Part shown: one piece after another, positions 9,593 to 18,533 of the stretch
Position numbering within the stretch: position 1 is the first letter of the stretch
How the letters are laid out: each line of letters opens with the position of its first letter
Virus record (IMG/VR): IMGVR_UViG_3300025387_000009
DNA from: a virus
Taxonomy: Duplodnaviria > Caudoviricetes
DNA length: 64,000 bases
Direction: 5' to 3' (one strand)
Program-made: the position numbers and the translations under genes
The notes under the pieces: generated by a model
What the model was told of the DNA's origin: nothing
Database searches by the model: none
The model's input: only the letters and a program-made list of their open reading frames with translations

Positions 9593-10251
9593 GTTCTGTA
9601 ATTACCCTTTGAATCTCTTATATCAACAAAAGCACTTTTATATTTTCCTGTTTCGGAACCTTGTTTTAAAACTAAACCCGACCAAAGAACTCTTATTTTC
9701 ATACGTGGAATAAAATAATTTAAAATTCTATCTATTGCATGACAATTTATTTTAGCAGCTATCAATAAACTTTCAACACACCGAAGACTAACAATATAAG
9801 CTCCTGTGCATCTGGTAATATATGAGGGATCATAATATAAAAGTGTGGGAGGTTTTTTATTTTGAACTTCCATACCACAACATGAACTCAAAAATGCAAC
9901 ATCACCATCTAATTTTTCAAATTCAAAAGCAGCTTGTTCCAAATATAAATTAAGATTGATATTTTGAAAATCAATGTCATCTTCTAATATAAGAACGTGT
10001 TCATATTTTCTTTTTAATTGTTGCTCATAGCAATATATGTGCGATTGATTTACGCAGAGTAAACGTGGATTAATATGGAAAGCATTTTTAATTTTTTTAA
10101 TGCTTTCGGGTTTATCATATTGATCAACCCATTCAACTAAATCAGTTAATCCGAATTCTTCTAATTTCTTTTCCATATATTCCCTTCTATCTGTTAAGGG
10201 TTTCCAATGTATAATATAGATTTTACTATAAAATTCTCTTATACTTTTCAT
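9589..10251 (-). CDS. Glycosyltransferase family 25-like
   Basis: IYIIHWKPLTDRR, SH, LILEDD and TGAYIVS motifs; paralogous to 4645-5358. Confidence 0.7.
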   Translation of the reverse strand: MKSIREFYSKIYIIHWKPLTDRREYMEKKLEEFGLTDLVEWVDQYDKPESIKKIKNAFHINPRLLCVNQSHIYCYEQQLKRKYEHVLILEDDIDFQNINLNLYLEQAAFEFEKLDGDVAFLSSCCGMEVQNKKPPTLLYYDPSYITRCTGAYIVSLRCVESLLIAAKINCHAIDRILNYFIPRMKIRVLWSGLVLKQGSETGKYKSAFVDIRDSKGNYRT

Positions 10252-11018
10252 ATTTTTAAAAATTCCATTTCTTTTTCATTCTCATCAGATAAAGGATATA
10301 AAAATTGACCGTATGGTAATCGTTTTACAAGATATGAATATATAAATTCATGCCATTTTTTATGGTAAGGCGTACTTTCCCATAATTTGGAATTATGAAC
10401 TGCTTCAGGAGAAAATTCATTCCATTTTAACTCGTGTTTTTCATGACAAATATAAACTTCTTTATTTCCTAAAAATGAATTGCTTCTATTGTATAACTCT
10501 ATTGCAAACGCAACATCCCATAAATGTTCAGCATAGATATAGTCTTGAAAATAATTTCTATTTTGTATCCACCAATCCTTTTTAACCGCCCATGCATCAA
10601 ATCCAGCAATCTCTATTCTAAATGGTATAATATTATTTAAAGAATCAATTTTATAACAATCATGTCGAGAAAAAGAATAAGATTCATATTCACCCTTTGA
10701 TATTAATTTTAATAATCTATCGGTTAATAAAATGTCACTATTTAAAAATAAAAAGTAATCGCAATCAACAGTAGATAAAGCATCAAAAAAATCTTTAGCT
10801 ATTGGTTTATCAGAATTTGACCCTTTAATTATATCTTTTGCTTTTCTTTTTAGTACTGGCAAATGATTAAATCCTAAAGTGTAATTTTTTTCATTTTCAA
10901 ATGTTATATTATAAAGAGAAACATTTGAATGTTTTGCCACAAGCCGATTTAATACTTCTATACATTGATCTTGTCTAGTGTAATATCCAAAAATATTAAT
11001 TCCTATCGCTATTTTCAT
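10248..11018 (-). CDS. Putative GT-A glycosyltransferase
   Basis: FLFLNSDI DXD-like motif, GFDAWAV and WD motifs; operon context. Confidence 0.5.
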   Translation of the reverse strand: MKIAIGINIFGYYTRQDQCIEVLNRLVAKHSNVSLYNITFENEKNYTLGFNHLPVLKRKAKDIIKGSNSDKPIAKDFFDALSTVDCDYFLFLNSDILLTDRLLKLISKGEYESYSFSRHDCYKIDSLNNIIPFRIEIAGFDAWAVKKDWWIQNRNYFQDYIYAEHLWDVAFAIELYNRSNSFLGNKEVYICHEKHELKWNEFSPEAVHNSKLWESTPYHKKWHEFIYSYLVKRLPYGQFLYPLSDENEKEMEFLKI

Positions 11019-11925
11019 ATATTTTACTGATTTCTTTTATAAACCCCAGTGGCGATATGCTATTTTCATATATCTCTCTTATTTTAATCTGTAAATCAAT
11101 ATATTGATTATCCGATATGGAATTCCAAAAATTATTAACCGCTTCGTTTATTTCATCTATTGAATTAACAAATATCGATATATTTTTCCAATCTATTTTA
11201 TCTTCGAATGGGAAGATCATATCAGAATTAACTATCAATGGTATTTTACCTAAACTCATTGTCTCGTATAATCGATATGAAAAATTACCAACGCCTTTAC
11301 AGCATAATATTATATCACTATCATACATGTTATCTATATATTGTTTTCTTAAAGTTGGATTATGAACGGAACCACCCCAAAATCCTTCCTTTCTAACTAA
11401 AAAATTAGTAATAACGTTTTCATTTATATTTAAAATATCCATTGCTTGTTGTCTATATTCATTAGATAAAGCACCACAAAAACCAATTGTTGGTTTTTTG
11501 GTTTTTATTTTTGGTTGAAAATATTTTGTATTATTAAAATCATCCGACCATGCTGGCAAAGCATATTCATTTTGTTTTCTTTTTGATCTATAGAAAGAAG
11601 TTCTGTAGACATCAATGCAATTTGGTAAGTTTGTCGGTGTTGCATTATCATCGTTATATAATGCAATAACTTTTTTATTATATTTTTCTGCTAAATTTAT
11701 ATATTCACCTATATTTTGATTTAATTTAGCGTGATATACTATAACATCGCAGTCATCTATTGATGTATATTGAATATATTTTCTGGCTTCTTTAATCCAT
11801 TTTCTTACATCAACAAAATCTAAATTTTTTTCTATTAATTCAAGACTAAGAAAAGGAAATAGCAAAATATGCTCTTGAACTACTTCATTTGTTGGAAACA
11901 TGTGTGGGTTTGACCAAATTTTCAT
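10996..11925 (-). CDS. Exostosin-family glycosyltransferase (GT47-like)
   Basis: SDIILCCKGVGNFSYRLYETMSLGKIPLIV...FPFEDKIDW. Confidence 0.8.
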   Translation of the reverse strand: MKIWSNPHMFPTNEVVQEHILLFPFLSLELIEKNLDFVDVRKWIKEARKYIQYTSIDDCDVIVYHAKLNQNIGEYINLAEKYNKKVIALYNDDNATPTNLPNCIDVYRTSFYRSKRKQNEYALPAWSDDFNNTKYFQPKIKTKKPTIGFCGALSNEYRQQAMDILNINENVITNFLVRKEGFWGGSVHNPTLRKQYIDNMYDSDIILCCKGVGNFSYRLYETMSLGKIPLIVNSDMIFPFEDKIDWKNISIFVNSIDEINEAVNNFWNSISDNQYIDLQIKIREIYENSISPLGFIKEISKIYENSDRN

Positions 11926-12701
11926 GATTTAATATTTTTTAATTTTTTAATAACATCTTCTTGTGGGATATCTGGTATTTGATTGACCATTATACCATGT
12001 TTTTTGATAAAAAGCTGCCATTGTTCTTGTATTCTTTGTTCTCTTGATCCATCTGGACGATCTGCTTGTAAACGACTTACCGCAACAGGATTATTTTCAA
12101 TATATAAGTCCGAATCGGCTATATCAGCAAAATACCAAAAGGGTGCTGCATAATCTTGTTGGGATTCTCTATATGCCATGTCAATATCAAAAGGATCTCT
12201 AAATTGAGTATCATATAAACCAACTTTTTCATAGCATGATTTATGATGATATGTAAATTCGTTGCACATATTTTTATAAAAGGATATTTTAACATTGTTT
12301 TTATAATTAACTGTTAAACGAGGTGTTCTATTACCGATTGGACCAGATTCCCATGCCATGCTTGTATAGCAGAGATATTTTAAACCAGTTTCTTTAGATG
12401 CTTTAATATATTCATCAAATATATCAGGTCTTTTTATTATCATATCGTCTTCAATTATGAAGATGTGTTCGCAATTCCTGTTTAAAAGAAAATTTATAGC
12501 ATCATTTCGACAAATTGCTGGATAGCAGTTAGTGTTATGTTGCACCCAATGGCATGCATAGTTCTCCTTGTAATGATTACCTCCATTGATGACAACTAAT
12601 TCATCAATTTTGGCAAGAGGAAGTGATTCATAAAGAGTTTTAAAGTAATCTTCTGAATTATATGTAACTATTCCTACTCCGATTTTTTCTTTTTTTTCCA
12701 T
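11922..12701 (-). CDS. Glycosyltransferase family 2-like
   Basis: IGVGIVTYN, VVINGG, RNDAINF and FIIEDDM. Confidence 0.75.
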   Translation of the reverse strand: MEKKEKIGVGIVTYNSEDYFKTLYESLPLAKIDELVVINGGNHYKENYACHWVQHNTNCYPAICRNDAINFLLNRNCEHIFIIEDDMIIKRPDIFDEYIKASKETGLKYLCYTSMAWESGPIGNRTPRLTVNYKNNVKISFYKNMCNEFTYHHKSCYEKVGLYDTQFRDPFDIDMAYRESQQDYAAPFWYFADIADSDLYIENNPVAVSRLQADRPDGSREQRIQEQWQLFIKKHGIMVNQIPDIPQEDVIKKLKNIKS

Positions 12702-13498
12702 ATTTCTTGTAATGATTTAACACAATCTTGTTCAGTGTAAGGTTTTTCAGCGGGTCCGTAACCACCAATAACACTAAATCCTTGTTTTTTAATAAATAAA
12801 TCTAAACCATTTTTAAATGTTTGTTGAAAATCGGATTCAGTTCTAATTTTACTCTGCTGATGATCTGGGACAATATCCTTTAACATCTTATCCGAACCAT
12901 GAACATCAGCAAACCAACGAAATGGAGGATGATAACCTGCTTTAATGGCTCTGTAGGTGTGATCTACATGCTCCATAGCATTATAATAGTCTTCATCAAT
13001 TAAACCAATCTCATCTAAAACGGATATATGAAAATAACTAAATGCACCAAGAAGATTTGGGTATAAATCTATCTTTGTGTCATCTGGATAATTTACGGTT
13101 TTTCTTATTATTGGATTTCCGTAACCATCTCGGTTATGATTACCATGTAATCCATAATTTAAATGTTTAACACCAGTAACATTTGCGGTTTTAATATATT
13201 CTCTGAATACAAATACGTCTTCGATCTCAATATCATCTTCCATTAAGAAGATATGCTCACAATTTCTTTCCATTAAGAATTTTAAAGCTGCGTTTTTAGC
13301 TTTACCAACACCTTGTCTACCAATTGTATCTATTAAATTTATTGGTTGGTACTTTAATTTATTAGTACCATCATTTACCGTTACCGTCTCAAAATCTGTA
13401 TATATTTGAAGTGCTTTACTAAGACTTTCACTAGCCTTAATATAAAAATCTTCCCTGTCGCATGTAATTATACCGACACCAATTTTATTTTTTTGCAT
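12674..13498 (-). CDS. Glycosyltransferase family 2-like
   Basis: IGVGIITCDR, VNDG, GVGKAKN, FLMEDDI and MEHVD. Confidence 0.78.
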   Translation of the reverse strand: MQKNKIGVGIITCDREDFYIKASESLSKALQIYTDFETVTVNDGTNKLKYQPINLIDTIGRQGVGKAKNAALKFLMERNCEHIFLMEDDIEIEDVFVFREYIKTANVTGVKHLNYGLHGNHNRDGYGNPIIRKTVNYPDDTKIDLYPNLLGAFSYFHISVLDEIGLIDEDYYNAMEHVDHTYRAIKAGYHPPFRWFADVHGSDKMLKDIVPDHQQSKIRTESDFQQTFKNGLDLFIKKQGFSVIGGYGPAEKPYTEQDCVKSLQEIWKKKKKSE

Positions 13499-14279
13499 AA
13501 TTGGTTTGAATTACTTCCATTGATTTGAGTAATTCCTCTTGAGATACATGTGGTGGATCATTTTGCGTAGGCAGATACTTGTGTTCATTCAAGAAATGTG
13601 CATAACTTAATTGAACGTCTCTTGATTGATCTGGCATATCCTTAAATCCAAGTTTATTGATATTACCGATACCGCTTTCTAACCAATCACTAGGTATTGT
13701 TGGATGATAGTTGTTTGGTGGGTAAGCATTTTTGTTTCTGACCTTTGTGACATAATCTAAAACATCTAATTGTAAACTATTGAAGTATCTTTCATCGAAA
13801 TAGCCAAATGTTTTTACTATTCCTGAAAACAAAAATAAAAACTCTGTATTTAAATGTTTGGAAAGGTTAAGTGTTACACCCTTTTCATCATCTTCAAGAG
13901 GAATATTATCGGTTGATGCTCCTGTAATAATCCACGTACCAAAGGTGTCAGCAAGCTTAAGAGTCTTTTCAAAAATTTCTGGATTTTTGATAACTTGATT
14001 GGAATGAATAAGAAAATAATACTTTAATCCCTTTAATCTCATTTGAGAAATTAACCAATTTCTCATTGTTGCTAACTGTACAGACGTTGTATATTTTTTA
14101 TATTCTTGTACAACACCATATGGATCTTTATTATTGTTATTTGAAACAACAAATACTTGATTTGGTCTAGGATCACCATCTCCACGGTATATAAAATCTT
14201 GAGGTACAGATTTTAAACAATTATTTAAATCTTCTTGAGTATAAAGGTCAAGAATGCCTATTCCTATTTCGTTGTTCAT
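13485..14279 (-). CDS. Degenerate GT2-like paralog lacking the acidic DXD motif
   Basis: Colinear with the two adjacent GT2s (IGIGI, RNWLI, FGYFDERY) but has FLIHSNQ where they have FxxEDD. Confidence 0.55.
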   Translation of the reverse strand: MNNEIGIGILDLYTQEDLNNCLKSVPQDFIYRGDGDPRPNQVFVVSNNNNKDPYGVVQEYKKYTTSVQLATMRNWLISQMRLKGLKYYFLIHSNQVIKNPEIFEKTLKLADTFGTWIITGASTDNIPLEDDEKGVTLNLSKHLNTEFLFLFSGIVKTFGYFDERYFNSLQLDVLDYVTKVRNKNAYPPNNYHPTIPSDWLESGIGNINKLGFKDMPDQSRDVQLSYAHFLNEHKYLPTQNDPPHVSQEELLKSMEVIQTNYAKK

Positions 14280-15334
14280 TTTGATAATAAATTATAACTT
14301 TCTGTAAGATATTCAATGACTTCTTTTTTGTTTTCGATGTCTAGAGTGTTAACAAATTCCTCAATATCCTTGAGTAAGTTACCAGAGTCAATTTCCTTTG
14401 CCTCATTTAAGATGGCTGAATCGGTATTATCCGCTAAATAATCGGTTCTAATTGATAACGGCAATGTTTTATGGAGTTTTGTGGTTAAAAGTGCAAGCTC
14501 CTCTTGCCCAATTTCAGTATCAACTACCAAACTAACAATATTATTCTCTAAAATTGCCTTTAACTGTTCTATATTTTCAGAATTAGAATTATCTATGAAA
14601 TTTTTTACTGATACTTTATGATGTTTAGGTGAAATATTATTTTCGATGAACTCAAATTCATTATTTTGTAGATCTAGTATATAGATACCCCTTGCATCAC
14701 CTGCATCTCCGAAATTATGTTGATAAGGACTTCCAAGATAAACAATCCTACCATTATCATATTTTCTGTCATCTTTTTTATGGAAATGACCTGAAACTAT
14801 CAACGGTGCTTTCTTAAAAAGCTGTTTTGATTCCATCCCGTGTTCACAAACTTTATAAGAGTTCATGTAAAAAGAACTAATCTCAAAATGACCAAAGATA
14901 ATACCATCAGTTTTGGGAATTTGATCATATTCAACACCCCAAGGAACCATAACAATATCCTTATATGGTGTTTTTATGGTTTCACATTCTTTATCAACTA
15001 TATTGATATTACCCCATCCATCAAGAATTGATATAGAATTTACCGTACTATTGTTTTTATAAAAACAATCATGATTTCCGCTGGAAATATAAATTGTAAA
15101 ATCTTTAAAATAATCAAAAAACTCTTTTGCGGTTGCTAGAGTAGCAACATTGATCTCACTTCTGTTGTGAAATATGTCACCAGGTATTATAATCTCATCA
15201 ATTCCTAATTTTAGGTATTCTTCGGATGCCCATTTAGCAAAATTCAAAGCAATATCATGCCATTGCTTGCTATCTTGTCCAAGCCCAATGTGGATATCAG
15301 AAAAACATCCTATTTTTCTACTAGAAATCTTCAT
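14276..15334 (-). CDS. gp47: Recombination endonuclease subunit, Mre11/SbcD-like (T4 gp47)
   Basis: FSDIHIG, GDIFH, GNHD, FGHFE, SGHFH and YLGSPYQ metallophosphoesterase motifs. Confidence 0.9.
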   Translation of the reverse strand: MKISSRKIGCFSDIHIGLGQDSKQWHDIALNFAKWASEEYLKLGIDEIIIPGDIFHNRSEINVATLATAKEFFDYFKDFTIYISSGNHDCFYKNNSTVNSISILDGWGNINIVDKECETIKTPYKDIVMVPWGVEYDQIPKTDGIIFGHFEISSFYMNSYKVCEHGMESKQLFKKAPLIVSGHFHKKDDRKYDNGRIVYLGSPYQHNFGDAGDARGIYILDLQNNEFEFIENNISPKHHKVSVKNFIDNSNSENIEQLKAILENNIVSLVVDTEIGQEELALLTTKLHKTLPLSIRTDYLADNTDSAILNEAKEIDSGNLLKDIEEFVNTLDIENKKEVIEYLTESYNLLSK

Positions 15335-15341
15335 TAAGAAG

Positions 15342-15369
15342 ATAATAACAGGTAATTTAAATTTTTCAA
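15342..15369 (-). promoter_or_regulatory. Sigma70-type promoter of gp47 and the glycan operon
   Basis: TTGAAA-N16-TATTAT-N7-ATG on the minus strand. Confidence 0.55.
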
Positions 15370-16031
15370 TGCCTTTCTCTTTCTTTGTTTATTCTAATGT
15401 TGTTATTTTTCATCAAAACGTTGTAATTTTGAGACATCATTAAAATTTCATTTGAATATTTGTCATGGGTTTCAGCCATATGCTTCTCTTTTTTGATTCG
15501 ATTACGGAAAGCATTAAATGCAATGCGTGTGAAATAAGAAAAAGGATTTGTTCCCTTATCACGATTGTACTTTTTAGCCATAAGTGCTTTCATCATTCTA
15601 ATAACGCCATCTCCAACCATTTCTTCTCGATATGTGTAGTTAATAAAATTTGGTGCATAACTTAATTTATGTGAAATTTTACTAACCATATTGGCTAAAT
15701 TATCAGACATTTTACCAGTGTCATAATAATTCATGATTTCGGCATCGAATTCCTTTGGATCTACATAAAACTTTGCCTTGTCAGCAGTAGCCTTTCCTCT
15801 TTTTTTAGGTGCTTCAACTTCTTCTAAAATGGGTTCATCCTCTAGGGGTTGTTCGTCCTCTAAAGCATTTTCGACTAAATCGGTGTCATCTTCTTCATTT
15901 ATTAATAGTTCTTCTTCGTGATCATCTCTTAAGTCATACCCATCATCGATGACATCATGATAGATTAGATCATCAAATGTATCTTCTTTTTTTATTCGTT
16001 TTTTTCTTTTAATGTATGTCGGTTTTTTCAT
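15366..16031 (-). CDS. gp55: Late-transcription sigma factor (T4 gp55-like) with acidic N-terminal extension
   Basis: FYVDPKEF, PNFINYTYREEMVGDG and NPFSYFTRIAFNAFRNRIKKEK. Confidence 0.88.
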   Translation of the reverse strand: MKKPTYIKRKKRIKKEDTFDDLIYHDVIDDGYDLRDDHEEELLINEEDDTDLVENALEDEQPLEDEPILEEVEAPKKRGKATADKAKFYVDPKEFDAEIMNYYDTGKMSDNLANMVSKISHKLSYAPNFINYTYREEMVGDGVIRMMKALMAKKYNRDKGTNPFSYFTRIAFNAFRNRIKKEKHMAETHDKYSNEILMMSQNYNVLMKNNNIRINKERERH

Positions 16032-17436
16032 AAATGTAATTTTCGGAAATATATAAAGTTTCTCTTTCTGTTAAATGTCTTTTGCCATACTTTGTATTAT
16101 CGGAAATATCAAAAATATTAGCCATTGTTTTTGTTGGATGTAATCTCAATGCACGACCTATGGACTGCATGATTTTAATCTTTGCTTTTCCAGCAGATGC
16201 AAAAATAATATTATGTAGATTGGGTATATTTATACCTGTGCTGAATATCTTTGATATTGCAACAACAATTACATCACTTCTACCATCCATTAATTTTCTT
16301 ATGGCTTCACGATCTTCCATTTCGGTTGATCCTCTTATGAAATAAACAATTTTATTAAACTCTTTGCATTTTTCTTTCAAAAGTTGCTCTAGCGTTTCTC
16401 CGTGTTGGATTCTATCAGCCATTATGATAGTGTTATTTTTGAGTTTTAACGCAAGATTTGTGATAATTTCGTTCCTTCTTGAGTTATTTGTCAAAAATTC
16501 AAGTTCTTTTTCGAAAGCTTCACTCGGTCTATTAGGGTTATGTTCTATTTTTGGTATATTTTTATGAACTACATTTAATATAAAGATTTTAAAATCTGAA
16601 ACGTAATTTTTATCTTTAAGATCTTGAGTTTTTTCTTGGAATATGATGGGTCCTATCTTTCCAATGATATTCCATTGATCAATCAAAGAGGTTGGCATCG
16701 TTCCAGTAAAACCAAACCTATAGTTAGTGTTTACAAGTTGCAAAACTTTGTTGATTTCGTTACCTTTTCTTAAACCATGCGTTTCATCAACTAATAATAG
16801 ATCTATATCACCCAAAAGCGATAAATCTGATTTTTCACTCAATAGAATTTGGGTTCCTGCAACAATTGTTGTCGCCTGTGGATCAGGGATATTGTCACCT
16901 GACCATTTAGTAACGCTTTCCATGCCATATTCTTCAAAATCTTTTGATGTTTGCTCGACAAGTTGTATATTTGGAACTAAAACCAATGCTTTTGCGTTTG
17001 GTTTATACATTGAAAGTCTCATACTCTCAATGATACCAGCCATGATAAGAGTTTTACCACCAGCAGTAGGAATGCAAATTACGCCTCTTCCTTTTTTTAC
17101 TGCTTCTCTTATCGACTTGTCTTGGTGATCTCTATAGGTTAAACAATATTTTTTAATAATAGGATCTTCGTATCCAACAAAAAATTTATTTTTTAAATCT
17201 TCGGTTATTTGATATTTTTTCTGGGTGCTATCAAGATAAGATGTGATATCTTTAAGCATACCTATTTCAAATTTTCCAGCTGGGGTTATACAATAAAGTC
17301 TTGCTGGTACAAATCTAGTATTTCTTCGATGTGCAGGATTAGAAATGGAAAACTTCTCACGTATTAATGCAAGTGTAGTCGCATCAGAATCAATCTGACC
17401 TTGCTTACCATTTGAAGTTATCCCTAAATTGATCAT
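16009..17436 (-). CDS. uvsW: SF2 DNA helicase UvsW
   Basis: PTAGGKT, VDETH, FGFTGT, FSTGINIPNL and QSIGRALR. Confidence 0.92.
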   Translation of the reverse strand: MINLGITSNGKQGQIDSDATTLALIREKFSISNPAHRRNTRFVPARLYCITPAGKFEIGMLKDITSYLDSTQKKYQITEDLKNKFFVGYEDPIIKKYCLTYRDHQDKSIREAVKKGRGVICIPTAGGKTLIMAGIIESMRLSMYKPNAKALVLVPNIQLVEQTSKDFEEYGMESVTKWSGDNIPDPQATTIVAGTQILLSEKSDLSLLGDIDLLLVDETHGLRKGNEINKVLQLVNTNYRFGFTGTMPTSLIDQWNIIGKIGPIIFQEKTQDLKDKNYVSDFKIFILNVVHKNIPKIEHNPNRPSEAFEKELEFLTNNSRRNEIITNLALKLKNNTIIMADRIQHGETLEQLLKEKCKEFNKIVYFIRGSTEMEDREAIRKLMDGRSDVIVVAISKIFSTGINIPNLHNIIFASAGKAKIKIMQSIGRALRLHPTKTMANIFDISDNTKYGKRHLTERETLYISENYIYEKTDIH

Positions 17437-17831
17437 GTTGTTTCAAGTTTGGTAATTTCAGTAATATTACGAATATCATACGTAATACTTGAAAATACCT
17501 TTTCTACCTTTTCTAGATATTCAATTAATAAATCAACATCTTCTATTTCTTCATTTATTTTTTTAATAGTATCAGATGCTTCAACCTTTTCCTTTATTGA
17601 TGCCTTCGGAACGCCTGTTGGTATACCTCCGCTTTCCAGTTGCTTTAAAACGCTTTCTTTTAATTCCTTCTTTCTTTTTTCTAATCTGTTTTTATTTCTT
17701 TTTTGCTCCATTAAACGAGCGATCCACTTATGTTTAAGTGCAGGAGCACGTAACTGCCTATCCATCAGATTAATCTGGTCAATTTGCAAATCTTCTTTAA
17801 TTTCTTCCTGAAATTTATCAAATAGCTCCAT
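17433..17831 (-). CDS. uvsY: Recombination mediator UvsY-like
   Basis: Helical 132-aa protein (DLQID...PALKHKW...) next to uvsW, as in T4-like phages. Confidence 0.65.
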   Translation of the reverse strand: MELFDKFQEEIKEDLQIDQINLMDRQLRAPALKHKWIARLMEQKRNKNRLEKRKKELKESVLKQLESGGIPTGVPKASIKEKVEASDTIKKINEEIEDVDLLIEYLEKVEKVFSSITYDIRNITEITKLETT

Positions 17832-17855
17832 AAGTATTAATTAATATAACATATT

Positions 17856-18092
17856 ATGAATGGATTGCAAATAATAATTAAAAATGTTTTAGAAGAAATG
17901 GCAACTAATTGTGCTGGTCAAGGTGGAGCACTCGGTTCTTCTTCTGGAACACCCTCTCAATTTAGTGGAGATGGAGTGTGGAATCCTAAAGAAACAAGAT
18001 TGGCTCAACCATTAGGTGGTGTTATCAGAAGAAATTTCCCACCGTTAATGAATTCTAAACGCAAAAGAAAAAAGAAGAGTAAAAAGAAATAA
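17856..18092 (+). CDS. Hypothetical protein with basic C-terminal tail
   Basis: ORF fills the gap and is TAATG-coupled to the next gene; ends KRKRKKKSKKK. Confidence 0.55.
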   Translation: MNGLQIIIKNVLEEMATNCAGQGGALGSSSGTPSQFSGDGVWNPKETRLAQPLGGVIRRNFPPLMNSKRKRKKKSKKK

Positions 18093-18523
18093 TGGATACA
18101 GGGCACTGGATCTTAAATGAATCTGTTGAAATAACAGAAGAAACTTTCGGCTTTATATACGAAATAACAAATACAGTTACCAATAAAAAATATATTGGTA
18201 AAAAACAATGTCATTCTCGTATTAAAAGAAAACCATTAAAGGGTAAAAAACGAAATAGAATAGATTCAAAGGAATCGGATTGGAAAACGTATACTAGTTC
18301 ATCTAATGAACTGATTGAAGATATTAAAAAACATGGAAAGGATAAGTTTATTTTTAAAATATTAAGAACTTGTGATTCGAAATGGGCATTGGCTTATTTT
18401 GAAGCAAAAGAACAGATGGAAAAGGATGTTTTATTCAGAAAAGATTACTATAATGGCATTTTAAACTTGAGAATTGGTAAAGCACCCAAGCAAGAGCTAG
18501 AAAAATACGGTATTTTAGACTAA
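18092..18523 (+). CDS. GIY-YIG endonuclease-domain protein
   Basis: FGFIYEITN...KKYIGKK, then E and YYNG motifs. Confidence 0.8.
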   Translation: MDTGHWILNESVEITEETFGFIYEITNTVTNKKYIGKKQCHSRIKRKPLKGKKRNRIDSKESDWKTYTSSSNELIEDIKKHGKDKFIFKILRTCDSKWALAYFEAKEQMEKDVLFRKDYYNGILNLRIGKAPKQELEKYGILD

Positions 18524-18533
18524 ATATTAAGAC

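Noticed and set aside
1-15334. Glycan cluster as bacterial chromosome or giant-virus DNA
   Set aside because: It is overlap-coupled to gp47 in a run with gp55, uvsW and uvsY, has similar AT-richness, and lacks wzx/wzy/ABC export genes and NCLDV markers
250-17811. Plus-strand ORFs opposite the minus-strand operon (e.g. 250-549, 7734-8018, 8426-8767, 16727-17128, 17449-17811)
   Set aside because: Antisense shadows of well-supported genes, with no recognisable motifs or promoters
18092-18523. GIY-YIG gene as a mobile homing endonuclease or intron
   Set aside because: Only 143 aa with no obvious C-terminal DNA-binding repeats, does not interrupt a gene, and is coupled to its neighbour
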